The notes beneath the pieces were generated by a model. It searched no databases and had not been told where the DNA came from. It worked only from the letters and a program-made list of their open reading frames with translations. DNA of 36,003 nucleotides from the NCBI GenBank assembly GCA_051453625.1, contig JBOZIK010000001.1, positions 2,684,311-2,720,313 of the forward strand, given 5' to 3'. The number at the start of each line of letters is the position of its first letter. Position 1 is the stretch's first letter. Shown here piece after piece: positions 11,261 through 23,929 of the stretch. The position numbers were made by a program, and so were the translations under genes. The stretch comes from Welwitschia mirabilis (taxonomy: Eukaryota).

Positions 11261-13188
11261 TTAAAGGGATAGATCAATATGAATATAAGGTTAAAACCTT
11301 AACTTTTAAAAATAGTCACACCTTTATAATTAATGAAAACACTTTAATATTAGTATTGGAAGAGGAAAGGGGACATGAAAAAACTAAGGAATTACTTAGG
11401 TATTTTGATGTGTGATGTATTTAGAACATGTTTCCTAGCTATCAAGGCATGGATAGTAGTTTTAGATGAATAAATTAGGTCACTCCATTTTGGTATAGTT
11501 GACCTAATTATTATTATCTTTCAACAACTACAAAGGAGTTTCATAGATGAAAAAGGCTTATGAAAAGAAAAATAGATTAAGGAATTTTAGATATTAGAGA
11601 TTTTCCTCCTAGGAATTAAAAATGATTTTTCATAAGACAATGTATTATTTAAGTCCAATATATGTTAAAGATATTAGATTAAGTACAAAATAAATTTATA
11701 CATAAGAAATAACACATTTACTATAGATTTCATATGTTATGAAAAAACTAGTTTAGAAACATTACATTATATAATAAAAAGTCAAAAACATTAGAATAGC
11801 ATGAAAGATAGCATAAACAATAACACATTAATCTCTTAAACTGTAATAATACATTGAAGGAATAAGTCTAAATGATAAATATGAAATAATATTTAAAATG
11901 TGCTATTATGTAACTAGTAATTATAATTGTATCAATAATAGAATATGATATAAAATAAATCTTAAATAGAAGTGCATTGAGCAATGATGCAAATATTATA
12001 ATAGATGTCACTTTTGTACAAAATAAATACTTGAGCTTGCAAGGCAGATGCCTTATAAATAAATCATTTCATCATACCTAAGGAGGGTAAAAATAGGTTT
12101 AGAATATCATGATGAGATAAGCCCTCATCATAGCCATAGGAAATTTGAATCTATAATGATAGGTTTCTGAGAAGATCATTGAGTGATTCATATATAAATT
12201 TAACCTTGATTGAAAGATTAAGAATAATGATGATTAATGCTTAAGGTATAATTTTCTTTTATAGGCTTTAATAGGATTATGGATTACATTATATGGTACA
12301 TTCATATTAATAATAGATGATCATTAATGAATCTTCTTAAAATATAGGACACAAATGTGTAATTATTTAGTCTTTTTAAGATTTAATTTATTGCTTCACT
12401 TATTAGACTAGCTTTAGCTTCATGTTTTAACATTTATTTATCAATGTATCCATTATTTAGAAATCGATATCTTTTTAGATCTATTTTTCCTAATAAAGCC
12501 ATCAATACCATTGGTTTGGATAGCAATGTTAATCTTAATGGGTTGTTAACTTCTATGAAGTAATAATATTTTAAAAATTATAAGGATAAAACTTTATTAA
12601 TGATGTTTTAGTTAAAAAATAGTATCTGTGATCTTAAAATACATCATTTCTTAAGTTTAGAGGCCCAAGTATATAAACATTTAAGTTAAACATGCTTGGA
12701 CTTGTTATTTACTAATCCCTTAGCAAATACTATGCAAAATTACATTGTAAAAACTGCTTCATATTTAAAAGAAAAAATTTTAAAATATCATATCATGATT
12801 AAAAAAATAAATAAATGATCTTGAAAATCTCTGAATTATAATCATATACATTTGATATGTTAAAGTGGTTAATTTTAAAGCATAAATTTGTAAAGGAATA
12901 AAAAAATTTTAACTTTTAAAGTCCTATTTCATTTGCAATTTTTTACTTTTTCATCTTTTTAAAAATTTTTCTAAGTAAAAAGATGTGTGATTTCAATAAA
13001 AATTAATTAAAATATTTGAAAATAATATTATTTTGCACCTTCTTAACTAATCTTAAGATTCTCCTCAATGTTCAAAATAGAATAGGAAAATTCATATATT
13101 ATTATCATTTTTGAAAAAAAAACTATATACTTTTATATTGCTTATCTTTAAAAACATTACATATAAAAATAGAGGGAAAATGGAATGT

Positions 13189-13309
13189 GGGGGGGGGGGG
13201 GGGGGGAANNNNNNNNNNNNNNNNNNNNNNNNNNNNNNNNNNNNNNNNNNNNNNNNNNNNNNNNNNNNNNNNNNNNNNNNNNNNNNNNNNNNNNNNNNNN
13301 NNNNNNNNA

Positions 13310-13348
<39 letters not shown>
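13189..13348. repeat. Poly-G run and (AG)n microsatellite flanking a 100-N gap
   Basis: 18 G at 13189-13206; AG repeat with one AC interruption at 13309-13348. Confidence 0.95.
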
Positions 13349-14796
13349 TACAATTTTAAGAAAAAGATCTTCTAGAATGAGTTCCCCTTTGAGAGGAGCA
13401 TTCTTTAGTAGTGAAGCTTCTTTAAAGCTCATCAAATCTTACCATGATAACTTGTTTCTTTCCTTCTTTTTGTTTCAAGTATTTACATCCAATTATTCTA
13501 TCTTATTGAAACCATTTTAAGCATTGTTTCAAGCAGCTTATTTTTCTTTAAGGGGTAAGTTAAAGTTAGTATTCTTTGTCTTTGTTTTTGTTATTCTCGA
13601 GGTTGTTTTTCTTCTTCTTCTCCCACCTCTTAATCTCTTAAAATTCTACTTACCTTCTAGATGTCCAATTAGATTTGTCATATTTTTTTACTCTTATAAT
13701 TTGTCTATTTGTAGTAAAGCCAAGGTCCTCATCATACCATCCTTCTACGTCAATTGTTCACCTTTATTTACAAATATTAAAATATCACCAATAAGGGTAG
13801 GACTAGGAGGTTCCTTAAAATTCATGTTTCTCTTTTTATTACATTAAAGATGAATTTACAAATGTTGAATCTTTTCCCATTTTTCATAATAGACAAACGG
13901 TAAGAGAACTAGAATGTGCATTAACAACTAAAAATAGGGTACATATTTCTAATAATAAATATAAATAAAGCTCTTGATTTTTAAAAAGAAATCTTTAAGG
14001 AAGTGCGTCCTCTCTATGTGGACATATTTTACATTTAATACCCTAATAAAATCAAGATTAGAAATGGAAAGTGATTCAGAAATAAGAATGAGTAATAGAG
14101 GTTTCAACTCCTCTTAGATTGGTGGAAAGAGCCTAGGTTACTTTCTTTTCCTCCTTTAATTCTTCTGAGTTCTTCTTCCTATGAGATAAAGACATATTTT
14201 TGTAGAAATCTTTAACTTAATTATAAAAGTATATAATGCACATTTATTAAAATGGGAATAAATCTCTTTCATCAATCTTAACTACGTAGACAATGGCATA
14301 CTACATGTAAAATCATGAAATGCCCCCTCCATAATGAATTCCCCGAACCTCATGGGTATAATGCTTAAATCTCTCAATGTCTTTATGAAAAATAAGAATA
14401 GCAATACTTTAGTTATAAGAAAAAAGATCATCAAGGTTTCTCTATGGTTCATGAGGTAAGATCTCAATTTTGACATAAGCAACTTCATTTTACAATGGAA
14501 GGTTAAGGTTTTATTGCTACGAATAAGACATTTGGATCTTGTTTGTTGATTAATTATTGAGAATTAATTGTTGAGGTTTGTTATGATATGGAATAACTCT
14601 TAGGATGAAATTGTAATCTTTGTATATTTCTTTGATAAGACTTGAACTTGTATTGGGATATTAAATTATTTTTCTAGAATAACTATTTCATTTTTCACCC
14701 ATGGTTTTGATTGAATCATTTTATTTCATCTAATAACTCATAAATACCCATATAATGTAGGATATGAAATCTATAGCCAAAAGTTTCAACTTCTTG
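13349..14796 (-). mobile_element. Probable decayed internal region of an LTR retroelement downstream of a PBS; no recognisable domain
   Basis: Positional only: lies directly 3' (minus strand) of an LTR end and PBS. Minus strand is purine-rich, but I could not identify gag or pol motifs. Confidence 0.35.
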
Positions 14797-14804
14797 TGAT
14801 ACCA
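14797..14804 (-). promoter_or_regulatory. Primer-binding site (tRNA-iMet), TGGTATCA
   Basis: Minus strand GGGTTTTACA-ATT-TGGTATCAC: an LTR ...CA end, a 3-nt spacer and the PBS core. Confidence 0.75.
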
Positions 14805-15799
14805 AATTGTAAAACCCACCTTTTACACTTAAAAACTTCGTATGTTGTTGTAATATGACAATGTAATATTTACTTTTTCATAACCAAAAATTTCTAATAC
14901 CAAATTGTAAAACCTAAATTTTCTATAACCAAAAACTTTAGACAACACTATAGTATCAAAATGTAATACTCACTTTAATAACCGAAAATCTTCTATATGA
15001 TGTTCAAAGATATCAAGATATAGATCCACTAAAAAAGCTACAAATTTTTGCTATGATATAATATAAAAGACCTAGTTTAATTAAATAATTACTAAGTACT
15101 TCAGAAGTTGTCTTAATTATTTGCGTAAGAGCCAAAGATATTAAATAATTAATTAATTTATTTAGGCAGTTTTATAAAAGAAAACAATAGTAAGATCATG
15201 AAATTATTTCTAACGAAAATATAGAAGTCAAGGTTCTTAAGATTTAATGATTAAAAAGGGGAACCAAGAATATGCAAGAGTGTGATCTATAACAATATGA
15301 GTAGTTCAAAAAATACTAAGTGTAACCCATAACTTATAATAGAAGAGTAATGATGATTGATTAAGGAAGTGGTGAGGGTCATGCATTAAAATGAACTTTA
15401 ACTAAAGACAACAAAACAAACTAAACCATCAATGTGATATTAATTCAGGGCCATAACTTAGTAAATAAGGTTGCCATAATAGTTACATCTTCTTTAAATC
15501 TTCAATTGTTAACCAACATCGCCTTTCTTATTCTCATTTCAAGTTGGCCTACTATTGTCTCAACAATCACCCTTAAGAAATAAGGATATAAGAAGGAGTG
15601 AGTTATTAATTAAATCAAAAACAATTTTATTAATAATTTGAATAATTATGATGAGTTCAATCCTATTATTATATGTTGCATAAAAGAAAAGATGATTTAT
15701 GATTATATGATTTGAAGGTCGAAAAAATTTTTATAAAGAAATTATATTTTATGAAATCCCTAAGCTTTTATTAAAGGGGGAAGGCATATTAAATTTTGT

Positions 15800-16340
15800 T
15801 TACTAGTTCCTTAAAAATTTCAATGTAGCTCACAGACCCCATCCCCTTTTTCATGCATTGGAATTTCTTCTTAAATCTCCTTAACCATTTAAAGGGATAG
15901 TGTAAGGTTTATAAATCGTCGCACCTGCCACATGGGATCTTATGTGGGCCCCACTGCTGTAGAGCATTAACCACGTCCCACCGGCCTCTTTTAAGATGCT
16001 CGCACTTTTTGTAGGATAATTTGCATTCAAAAAGGCCAGTGACAGTTAACAAAAATTTAGCGGTTCTTTTTTCAAATACAGACCCTGGTTGGTGTAGTGA
16101 TAAAGGAATTGATAGCTTTAGAGGATGGTTCTAGGATCAACTCTTAGGAAATGTTCCATGCAAATTATAGTAAAAAAGTAAATGTCATGTGAGGAAATGT
16201 TCCATGCAAATTATAGTAAAAAAAGTAAATGTCATGTGGTTCTTCAAGTGGGTCCAAGGTGACTACTCAATAAACTATTCCTTTTAAATTTAACACTTGC
16301 CTTTGAACTTTGGGTATTCATCAAAATTTTAAGGGGGAGC
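15800..16340. mobile_element. Possible MITE or fold-back element
   Basis: Nested inverted matches: CCTTAAAAATTTCAATG (15809-15825) vs reverse complement of 16319-16334 (CCTTAAAATTTTGATG); ATTTAAAGGGATAGT (15887-15901) vs reverse complement of 16274-16289. Interior is more GC-rich. No TSD identified. Confidence 0.35.
16146..16238. repeat. Near-perfect tandem duplication (46 + 47 bp)
   Basis: AGGAAATGTTCCATGCAAATTATAGTAAAAAA(A)GTAAATGTCATGTG occurs twice, differing by one A. Confidence 0.95.
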
Positions 16341-17377
16341 AGCTAAAAGGTAATGCTTATTTAAATAATGGTAGTTTCTTATCGCTATGGACCTTTCCAC
16401 TTTCTCTCACGTTGGGTATCTTTTCATTGACTTTATTTCTTGAGTTTAAAACGCACTTTATATATATTTTCTTTCTTTATTTTAAACATCCTTCCTTCTT
16501 TAAATTCACATCCCATTCTTTTATATAACATCATGTTAATATAATGTAATATAAGAATTTGCATGGTGTGTAATAAATAAACTTTCTAATAATGACTCTT
16601 CATATTATTCTCATGTGGCCCTCTCCTCCGTGTCAATTTCCTTCAATTAAATGTTGCTTCTCTTTATGTTATATAAAGTAACATACTACAAGAAAAGGGT
16701 AAGATGGTGGATAGTATAAAAGTTTTGCCTAATTAACCTAACAAAACCCCATAAATATTATGTTAGAAGTATGAAATGTTTTAAACATTTTACAATTCTA
16801 TAAAATCAATGAATTAAGACATATATAAAATTCTATTTATATTTTATCCATTTATCTAACTAGCTATATTCAAGATTCTATAATTAGAATATGGAAGTTT
16901 TGCAAGAAAATTTCATAAGGATAAATTCTCACATTTTCTATTGCAATTTCAAGAAAGATATACATCACAAAATCACAATATACATAATTTGAGTTTCAAA
17001 GTATTTTCAAAATCATAAAATAATTACAACAACTAACATATTCAAGATCTATGACAAGATTATAGTTTTGATACTCCAAATATATTTTCATGACATAAAC
17101 TAGAAAGAATAATCTCCCCTCCATCATGCCCTCCCTTAGCAATTAATTTATCTTTGGAGAAGCTCTAGTTTTTCCACCTATTCACATAGAAATATGAAAT
17201 GAGAACCATAAAATCTTTATAGCTCCCAGTATGTCCTAGACAAGGCAAGATAAAGGTCAAAGAATCCTAAATATCAACATAGATAAGACAAGACCAAGAT
17301 TCCAAGTGATGAACTTATGAAAATGAAATGAGAATAACCATTTTTTAATAAAATTTTCATATATATTTCTTTTCCTT

Positions 17378-17572
17378 CATTGCCTCATTTAGCGATTTAT
17401 GGGGTCCATTACCCCATTTAGTAATTTATGGATTTCTCATACTCCACTAGCTAATTTGGCAATCTATGGAGCCCACTACCTCATTTGATAATCTGTGCAT
17501 CTATTAATCCCATTGCTTTATTCGGTGCTCTGTGGATTCTCACATTCTTCTACCTCATTTGGTAATATGTGG
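17378..17572. repeat. Array of six ~25-bp degenerate repeats (about CAYTRCCTCATTTRGTRATYTRTGG) inside LTR block A
   Basis: Copies start at 17378, 17407, 17445, 17474, 17511 and 17548. Confidence 0.85.
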
Positions 17573-19197
17573 AATTCTCATTTCTATAAGATCTATAATC
17601 TAAGATATCATAAGAAGATGTAAGATCAAGATATATCACAAAGACATAGATTCTTAACAAGAGTAAAATTTGTATTGTAATCACATTAAAATTCCAAAAA
17701 GATTATCAAGAAGATGATAAGAACCAATACTCATAAACTAGGAATAATACTCAAAATCTTAAATTTATCAAGAAAGCGGTATTTCATTAAGAACCAAGCA
17801 TCTAATCATCTCTTAAAATGAACACAAGAATAATGAACGAAATAGAGATGCAAAGTAAAAAAATCATATAAATATGCATAAATTAACTAAGACCATATAA
17901 AGATATAAAAATAAAGAACCATACAAGATTCAAGAGTAAAATAGAACCATACTAAGATGCAAGAATTAAATAAGGCCATACTGAAATTAGATATAAGACT
18001 TTAAGATATTTTGAAAACTTTAATACTTTAAGAATTCTAAGACTCTAGAGCTCCAAGTTTCAGAGTCACCAAGATCCAATAATAGAGGATTTCTCAAAAA
18101 TATACACATAAAATGAGAAGAAAGTCCTATATATAATAAGAGGATATAAGGATACAAAGAGACACGATGATATAAAGAGACATTATCTAGAAAAAGAAGA
18201 CAATAAAAATTTCATAACATCTAATCATTACTTTGCTTGACCACTAGGTGCATTGAATATTTTATCATAACAATAATTATTTATCATGCCAAATATATAT
18301 TTTACCAAATAATAATCATGATTAAAAGGTGCTTGCATAAGTTACAAGATTTGAGTTCCTTGGAATTTTTTAACATAAGAAAAAAGAAGACAAGTTATTC
18401 ACATGGTAATATAATCTTTTCAGATTCCATAATAATCATTACTACTAACTCCATGAGTGAAAAAAGAAATGCTAGAATTTCAAGATCATACCCCTATTTT
18501 TGCCATAATAAGAAAAAGGAATTTAATTGTACTTATTTTTATGTAACTAATCAAGATGATATATTTAGCAATAATGCCTAAGGAGTAACATCAAGATAAA
18601 ATTTTCATTACCTCTACATATTTAGCCATTTGTAATAAATATTTTAGCCTATAAAACATTCATTTAGAGTATATTATTTATTTTTCTTTTTAAAATATTT
18701 AAATAACTCTTAAGATAAGTTTTATAACCTTGAAAAATTGGGATCCAACATATAACGTGAAGAATAATTATAGGAATTAATGATTTCTAGTATTTATCTT
18801 CATGTGTCCACTCTAAGTCTTTTAAATGAATCACCCATTATCCTTTCAATCAAGTATAGTTCCTAACGAAATTGATTTCTAAAGAAAAGTTTTTATTTTA
18901 CTAAAACATAAGAGAAAGAAAATAAGGTTATAATTTAATTATGTTGATGAAATTTAACTAACTTTATGTGTTACATATTTATCTTAATAAATACTTTAAA
19001 AGAATGATAAGATTTGATCATGATTCCCTGTATACATGTCATATAATATATTATCATTATTTGATTACTTCAATTCCCTAGGTTTATCACTAACTTAAAA
19101 TAATGATTTTTTTAAAAGGAAAAGATTATTTCAAATGTACATTCAACTTTATTATGATTTTATAGCAAAGAAATATCCTACATCATTGTTTAAATGG

Positions 19198-22100
19198 TGA
19201 TGAAGCCTAAATTTTTAATAAAATAAGGTATTAATAGTCATTATTTTAGCTTTTTTTTAAACTTTAATACTACATTTAGAGGTATTTTTGCAAGTTTCAG
19301 GTGACAAGAACCTTAGATACTCAATGAGATTAAAATGATGCATTATGATCCAGTTGGAGGCTCTTCACAATGGTTGTGATGAGGAGATCGAAATTGTAAG
19401 GGAAAATGCAGAGCATGGAGGATTACAGATGATTCATAGTTCCTTTCCCATCATCATATCTTATCCACTTGATAATGTGATAATCTTTACTCATTTTGTT
19501 ACTATATGCATGACATTAGATGTTATCAGATACTTTTAGGACATCAGTACCTTAAAATTTTCATTCTAGAAGCTATAATTTACAAATTTCTAGTCATTTT
19601 AAGTCAAAATTTAATGATTTAATGTAACATAAGTTATAAAAGAAACAACTGAGTTAGTTTATTATTTGGAAGTTTAGGTAGTTATTTTTAAAACTACCTA
19701 TGAAACTGTCCATGTAGTGCCATTTGATGGTTTTGCCTTTCAAGCATGAATTACATGTGAAAATTTAGTGGTTTTGGCAATGCATCAGCCTAAAATCAAC
19801 CTAAGTGCACCTATAAAGAAATCCCTTAATGACCAAACTCAAATCATAAAATTAGTCTACAATTTTTATTCCATTTTAATGTGATTCAAACCATTCTCAA
19901 GCATTGGAAGTAGATTTTCTACCACATTTCTCTCACATTTCTTCACTTCCAAGTTGATATTTTCTTTATATCAACTTAGAAATCCTTTTAAGTTATTCAT
20001 TCATATATTTTTCTATTACATAATTCAATTTTTATCCTCCTAAACTCTTTCACATCCTATTTCACATCAAATTTTCTCCCATATCCATCTTTTCATAGGG
20101 CATTGTAGGAGTGGCGAAGTGCATGTGATCAGGAAGTGTAGGAGGAGGAGGAGAAGGAATCAAATCTTACAAACAATTAGATTGAAGACTACTACAAAGG
20201 GTGTGATGTCATCTAAAACTAATAAGTGTTCTTTTCCTCATGTTTTTATGCTTTTGATTACTTGATTTATGTATTTTATCATGATTTTCTTTTAATTTAG
20301 TTAGACTTCTCATCTTATGTTACATAATTAGTGATAATTATATTGTTATACATGTAGTAAATATCATATCATAGTGTACATTTGTATGTTTGGTCACTCT
20401 ATATTAAGTAAATCATGTGTTTTATTCCTCTTCTTCCTTCTTTCAGCTGTTCTTTTTATTTTTTTCTAGTACCTTTTCTCATGATTTCACCTTTGTTCTA
20501 AGGCAAATGATGATGAATTTCTATTTTCTCCTTTCCAATAGATTGGTTTGTAAATATGTTCCTTACCTTTATTTGACTTTCTAATTATCTATTTTGCATG
20601 AATTATTCTCTCTTCTTTCTTCTCTTCTCAAAATCAAAGTAGAACTAGTAAATGTTAATACTTGTTTTGACTATAACTCTTTTTCTATAACTCTAATGGT
20701 TTCAAAATTCCTCTCATAATTTAGGAACTTTCAACTTTAAATTTAGAATCCAAACTAAGCATCAAAAACACGTTTTGCAGCCATTTTTAGTTTAAGTTAT
20801 AGTTTTACTTAGAATAATTTCTAAATTATAAACTCTTAATTTTCTTAATTTTCATAATTAAGTTATCTATCATTATTAATGGGTTTTTTGAAATTGAAGA
20901 TTCTGTCTTACCATTTTTTTTGAGTACTTTCCAAATATGCAATCCATTTTTTTTTTCAAGTTTCATAATTTCCTTAATTATCCTAGTCAAATAAGGTTGA
21001 CTGCAACTTTTATAGCTTTTTCTAGATGAACTGTTTCTGTTAGTTTTAATTGATTCTACTTAATCTTAAATATTTAGTTCTATATTCTGAGTATTTTGAA
21101 TGTTTTAAAAATGTTTAAGTCCATTCTTTTGAATTTTCTTCTTCCCTTTTCTCTCTCTTCTTCCTTTTTCCTCTTTCTATTGATAAAATAACTTAAAATT
21201 GACTATGTATTACTTTAATATAATGAACATTTATATGATGGTTTTTATCAATTACTTATTCATTCAAAACCAAACTATATGTTTTAATACTTTTTATAAC
21301 TCATTTCATAATAAATAAAGAGTTATCTTTTAATTCAAATGTATCAAAATTCAGTGAAAATCTTGTTAAAGTCAAATAGTTTACTACATCATTTTGAAGA
21401 ATCTAGTTTGTCAAGTCCTATCTTTTGATTCTAAGTTAGTGTACATTTTATATAGAATGAAATGAGATTTTCAAATTACTTAATTACCTGCATATGATAT
21501 GAAAATGACTTTGGTAGATTTGACAATTTAAATTCTCTTGATTATTCCTATAAGTTAAAGATGATCTATAGAATTATAATGAATGTTTATAAAATATTAC
21601 TTCTTTTTATTTTATTGTGTTTTCTTTTTCACATCCCATGAAATTACATTTTTACAGATGTAGTTCTTTACGAGAATTATAAGTCATGTGTTGTAATTAC
21701 TTGTATGTCACATGAAAGAAATAACTGATTTATCATAAAAAGTGATAGTTTGATAAGATAATATTAATATTTCCATATGAATTCACATCATGTGTTTTAT
21801 TGGTTTGATGCTAGTGTGTTTCCACTATATATGCAAGTTGACTCAGGAGATTTCTTTATGCTTTAATTTAAACTTTTTATACTTAATTTTCTTTCTATGA
21901 GTTGATTTAGCATGTTAAGTACACATTTAATTTTGTGAAGGCTTAGAGCATGATCCCCTTATTTTAAAATTTGAGGTACTTATTAATTCAATATTGGTAT
22001 CATTTCTGCGGAATGCTTGTTATTTTTATGTGAAATATTATACTTTTCTTTAAGAACTTACATACATTGATCAGAAGTTGATTGATTTTAGGTTCTTTTT

Positions 22101-23043
22101 ATATTGCAATTGCATTGATGAAATCTTAAGCACTACATAACTCCAATAAGCCTTCTAGGTACACATGTTCTAACTTTCACTACTCATCAGTGCAACTCTT
22201 TTCCTTTTCAATACTCTGCATGCATGAATAAAATTTAGATTCATATTGGTAAGTGTTTATATAGTTATGAATCATCTTCATCACATATTTCATATTTTAT
22301 TTATTTTAATTTATCTTTTGGATGTAAATATGATAAAATCTAAAAAATCAAAATATAGAAAAATTCTTATTACCTGTGTTTTTGTTTTATTTAAAACCTA
22401 AAAATATTGGTACTTTTTAGATGATGAAATGGAAGCTATGGGTTTCACATAGTCACATTCAAGAGGGCTATGAGATTCGGGGAGGATCTACTCCTATTTA
22501 TTTTCTAAAAATTATTAATCTAGAAAAAAAATCTTTTTATTTTTATTTGTAATTTTTATTTCTCTTATAATAAATTATGACCAGACTATCTATTTTCACC
22601 TAATAACCCTAGTTTTCATTTAAGGTGGAGGCATAACTAATTGTTTTCTAAGTTTTAAACCTTTATATTTATTATATATTTATACTTTATCATTTTTAGT
22701 ATGACAATGTAGATTTTCCATTTTTAAAGTCTATGTGATTTAGTATATTTTTTAACACTATTCTATGATATAATATCCAAGTGTATTTTATTTTATTTAG
22801 CTTGTGTTCATGTTTTTCTTAACTTTTTGCAAATGTATAAAACTTAATAAAATTTTACTTTACTTTATAGATTAAGGATTACAAGGTTGAAATTTCTAAC
22901 ATTCTTGCATTTTAATTACTAATTCCTGTGGTACTATTGCTTTATATGTTATTTTATTTATAGGACCAACATTTAGATTCAGAACTATCTACATGAGTAA
23001 TAAATGTCTTGATTGTTAGCAGGATTCATTCCTCTTATTGTCA
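19198..23043 (+). repeat. LTR-like unit, copy 1 (full length, ~3.85 kb, Athila-type TGAT terminus)
   Basis: Starts TGATGAAG and ends CCTCTTATTGTCA. Collinear with copy 3 over ~2.8 kb and with copy 2 at both ends. No coding motifs. Confidence 0.8.
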
Positions 23044-23048
23044 GGGTG

Positions 23049-23891
23049 TGATCAAGCATGGATTTTTGATAAAATAAGGTATTAATAGTTATTACTTTAC
23101 ATTACTTTTTAAAATTTAATATTGCATTTAGAGTTATCTTTGCAATTTTTAGGTGATAAGGACATTAAATGCTTAACTAGCTTAAAATAATGCATTTTGA
23201 TCTAGTTTGAGGCTCTTCACGATGATTGTGATCAACAGATCAAGATCGAGGGTGAAAATGTACAGCATGAAGGATTATAGATGACTCATAGTCACATTCA
23301 GAAGGGATATTACCTTTAGGGAGGATCTACTCCTATTTTTTTCTATAAATTATTAATTTAGAAAAAAAGATCTTTTCATTTTTATTTGTAATTTTTGTTT
23401 TTCTTATAATAAATTGTGACCAACCTATCTATTCTTCACCTCAAAGTTCTAGTTTCATTTACAGTGGAAGTATGAATAATTGTTTTTTAAGTTTGAAACC
23501 TCCATATTTATTTATATTTTGTATTTAATACTTTATCATTTTTTGTGTGACGGTGTATATTTTTCATTTTTGAAGTCTGTGTGATTTACTATATTTTGTA
23601 ATACTATTTTATGATATAATATCTGAGTGTATTTTATTTCATTTAGCTTATGTCCATGTTTTTCTTTACTTTTTGTAAATGAATAAAACTTAGTAAAATT
23701 TTACTTTACTTTGCAGATTAAGGATTAAAATGTTGAAATTTCTAACATTCTTCCATTTTAATTACTAAATCTTATTATGTTATTGATTTGTGTCTTATTT
23801 TATTTATAGACTAGCATCTATATTTTCAACCATTTACATGAGATATAAATTTCTTAATTGTTAGTATGCTTCATTCCTCTTATTGTCATCA
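23049..23891 (+). repeat. LTR-like unit, copy 2 (internally deleted, 843 bp)
   Basis: First ~245 bp match 19198-19440 and the remainder matches 22448-23043. Ends TCATCA, the inverted repeat of the TGATGA start of copies 1 and 3. Confidence 0.85.
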
Positions 23892-23920
23892 CTTGCAAAA
23901 GAAATACAAGTAGACTAGTT

Positions 23921-23929
23921 AGGGTGGTG
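23921..23929 (+). promoter_or_regulatory. Polypurine-tract-like motif AGGGTGGTG directly before copy 3
   Basis: G-rich tract abutting TGATGA; a shorter GGGTG abuts copy 2 at 23044-23048. Confidence 0.5.

Larger units (their letters stand above)
14808..18750 (-). repeat. LTR-like block A (gypsy-like TGT...ACA termini), with a probable internal insertion near 15.8-16.35 kb
   Basis: Plus strand starts TGTAAAACCC and ends GGGATCCAACA. Adjacent PBS. Collinear similarity with 27584-30372 at the start, in the repeat array, at 18230/29430, at 18550/29771 and at the end. Confidence 0.65.

Noticed and set aside
11980..12240. Possible gypsy integrase C-terminal remnant
   Set aside because: Only vague similarity by eye; it needs a profile search before it can be called.
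13524..13847. Hydrophobic ORFs such as 13524-13847, 16310-16528, 18237-18581, 24635-24829 and 31128-31328
   Set aside because: Compositional ORFs of AT-rich repeat DNA with no recognisable domains; homologous repeat copies do not appear to keep the frames.
17378..17572. CRISPR-like repeat-spacer appearance (also at 28638-28819)
   Set aside because: Repeats are degenerate, linkers are mostly under 20 bp and similar to each other, there are no cas genes, and the context is a plant LTR.
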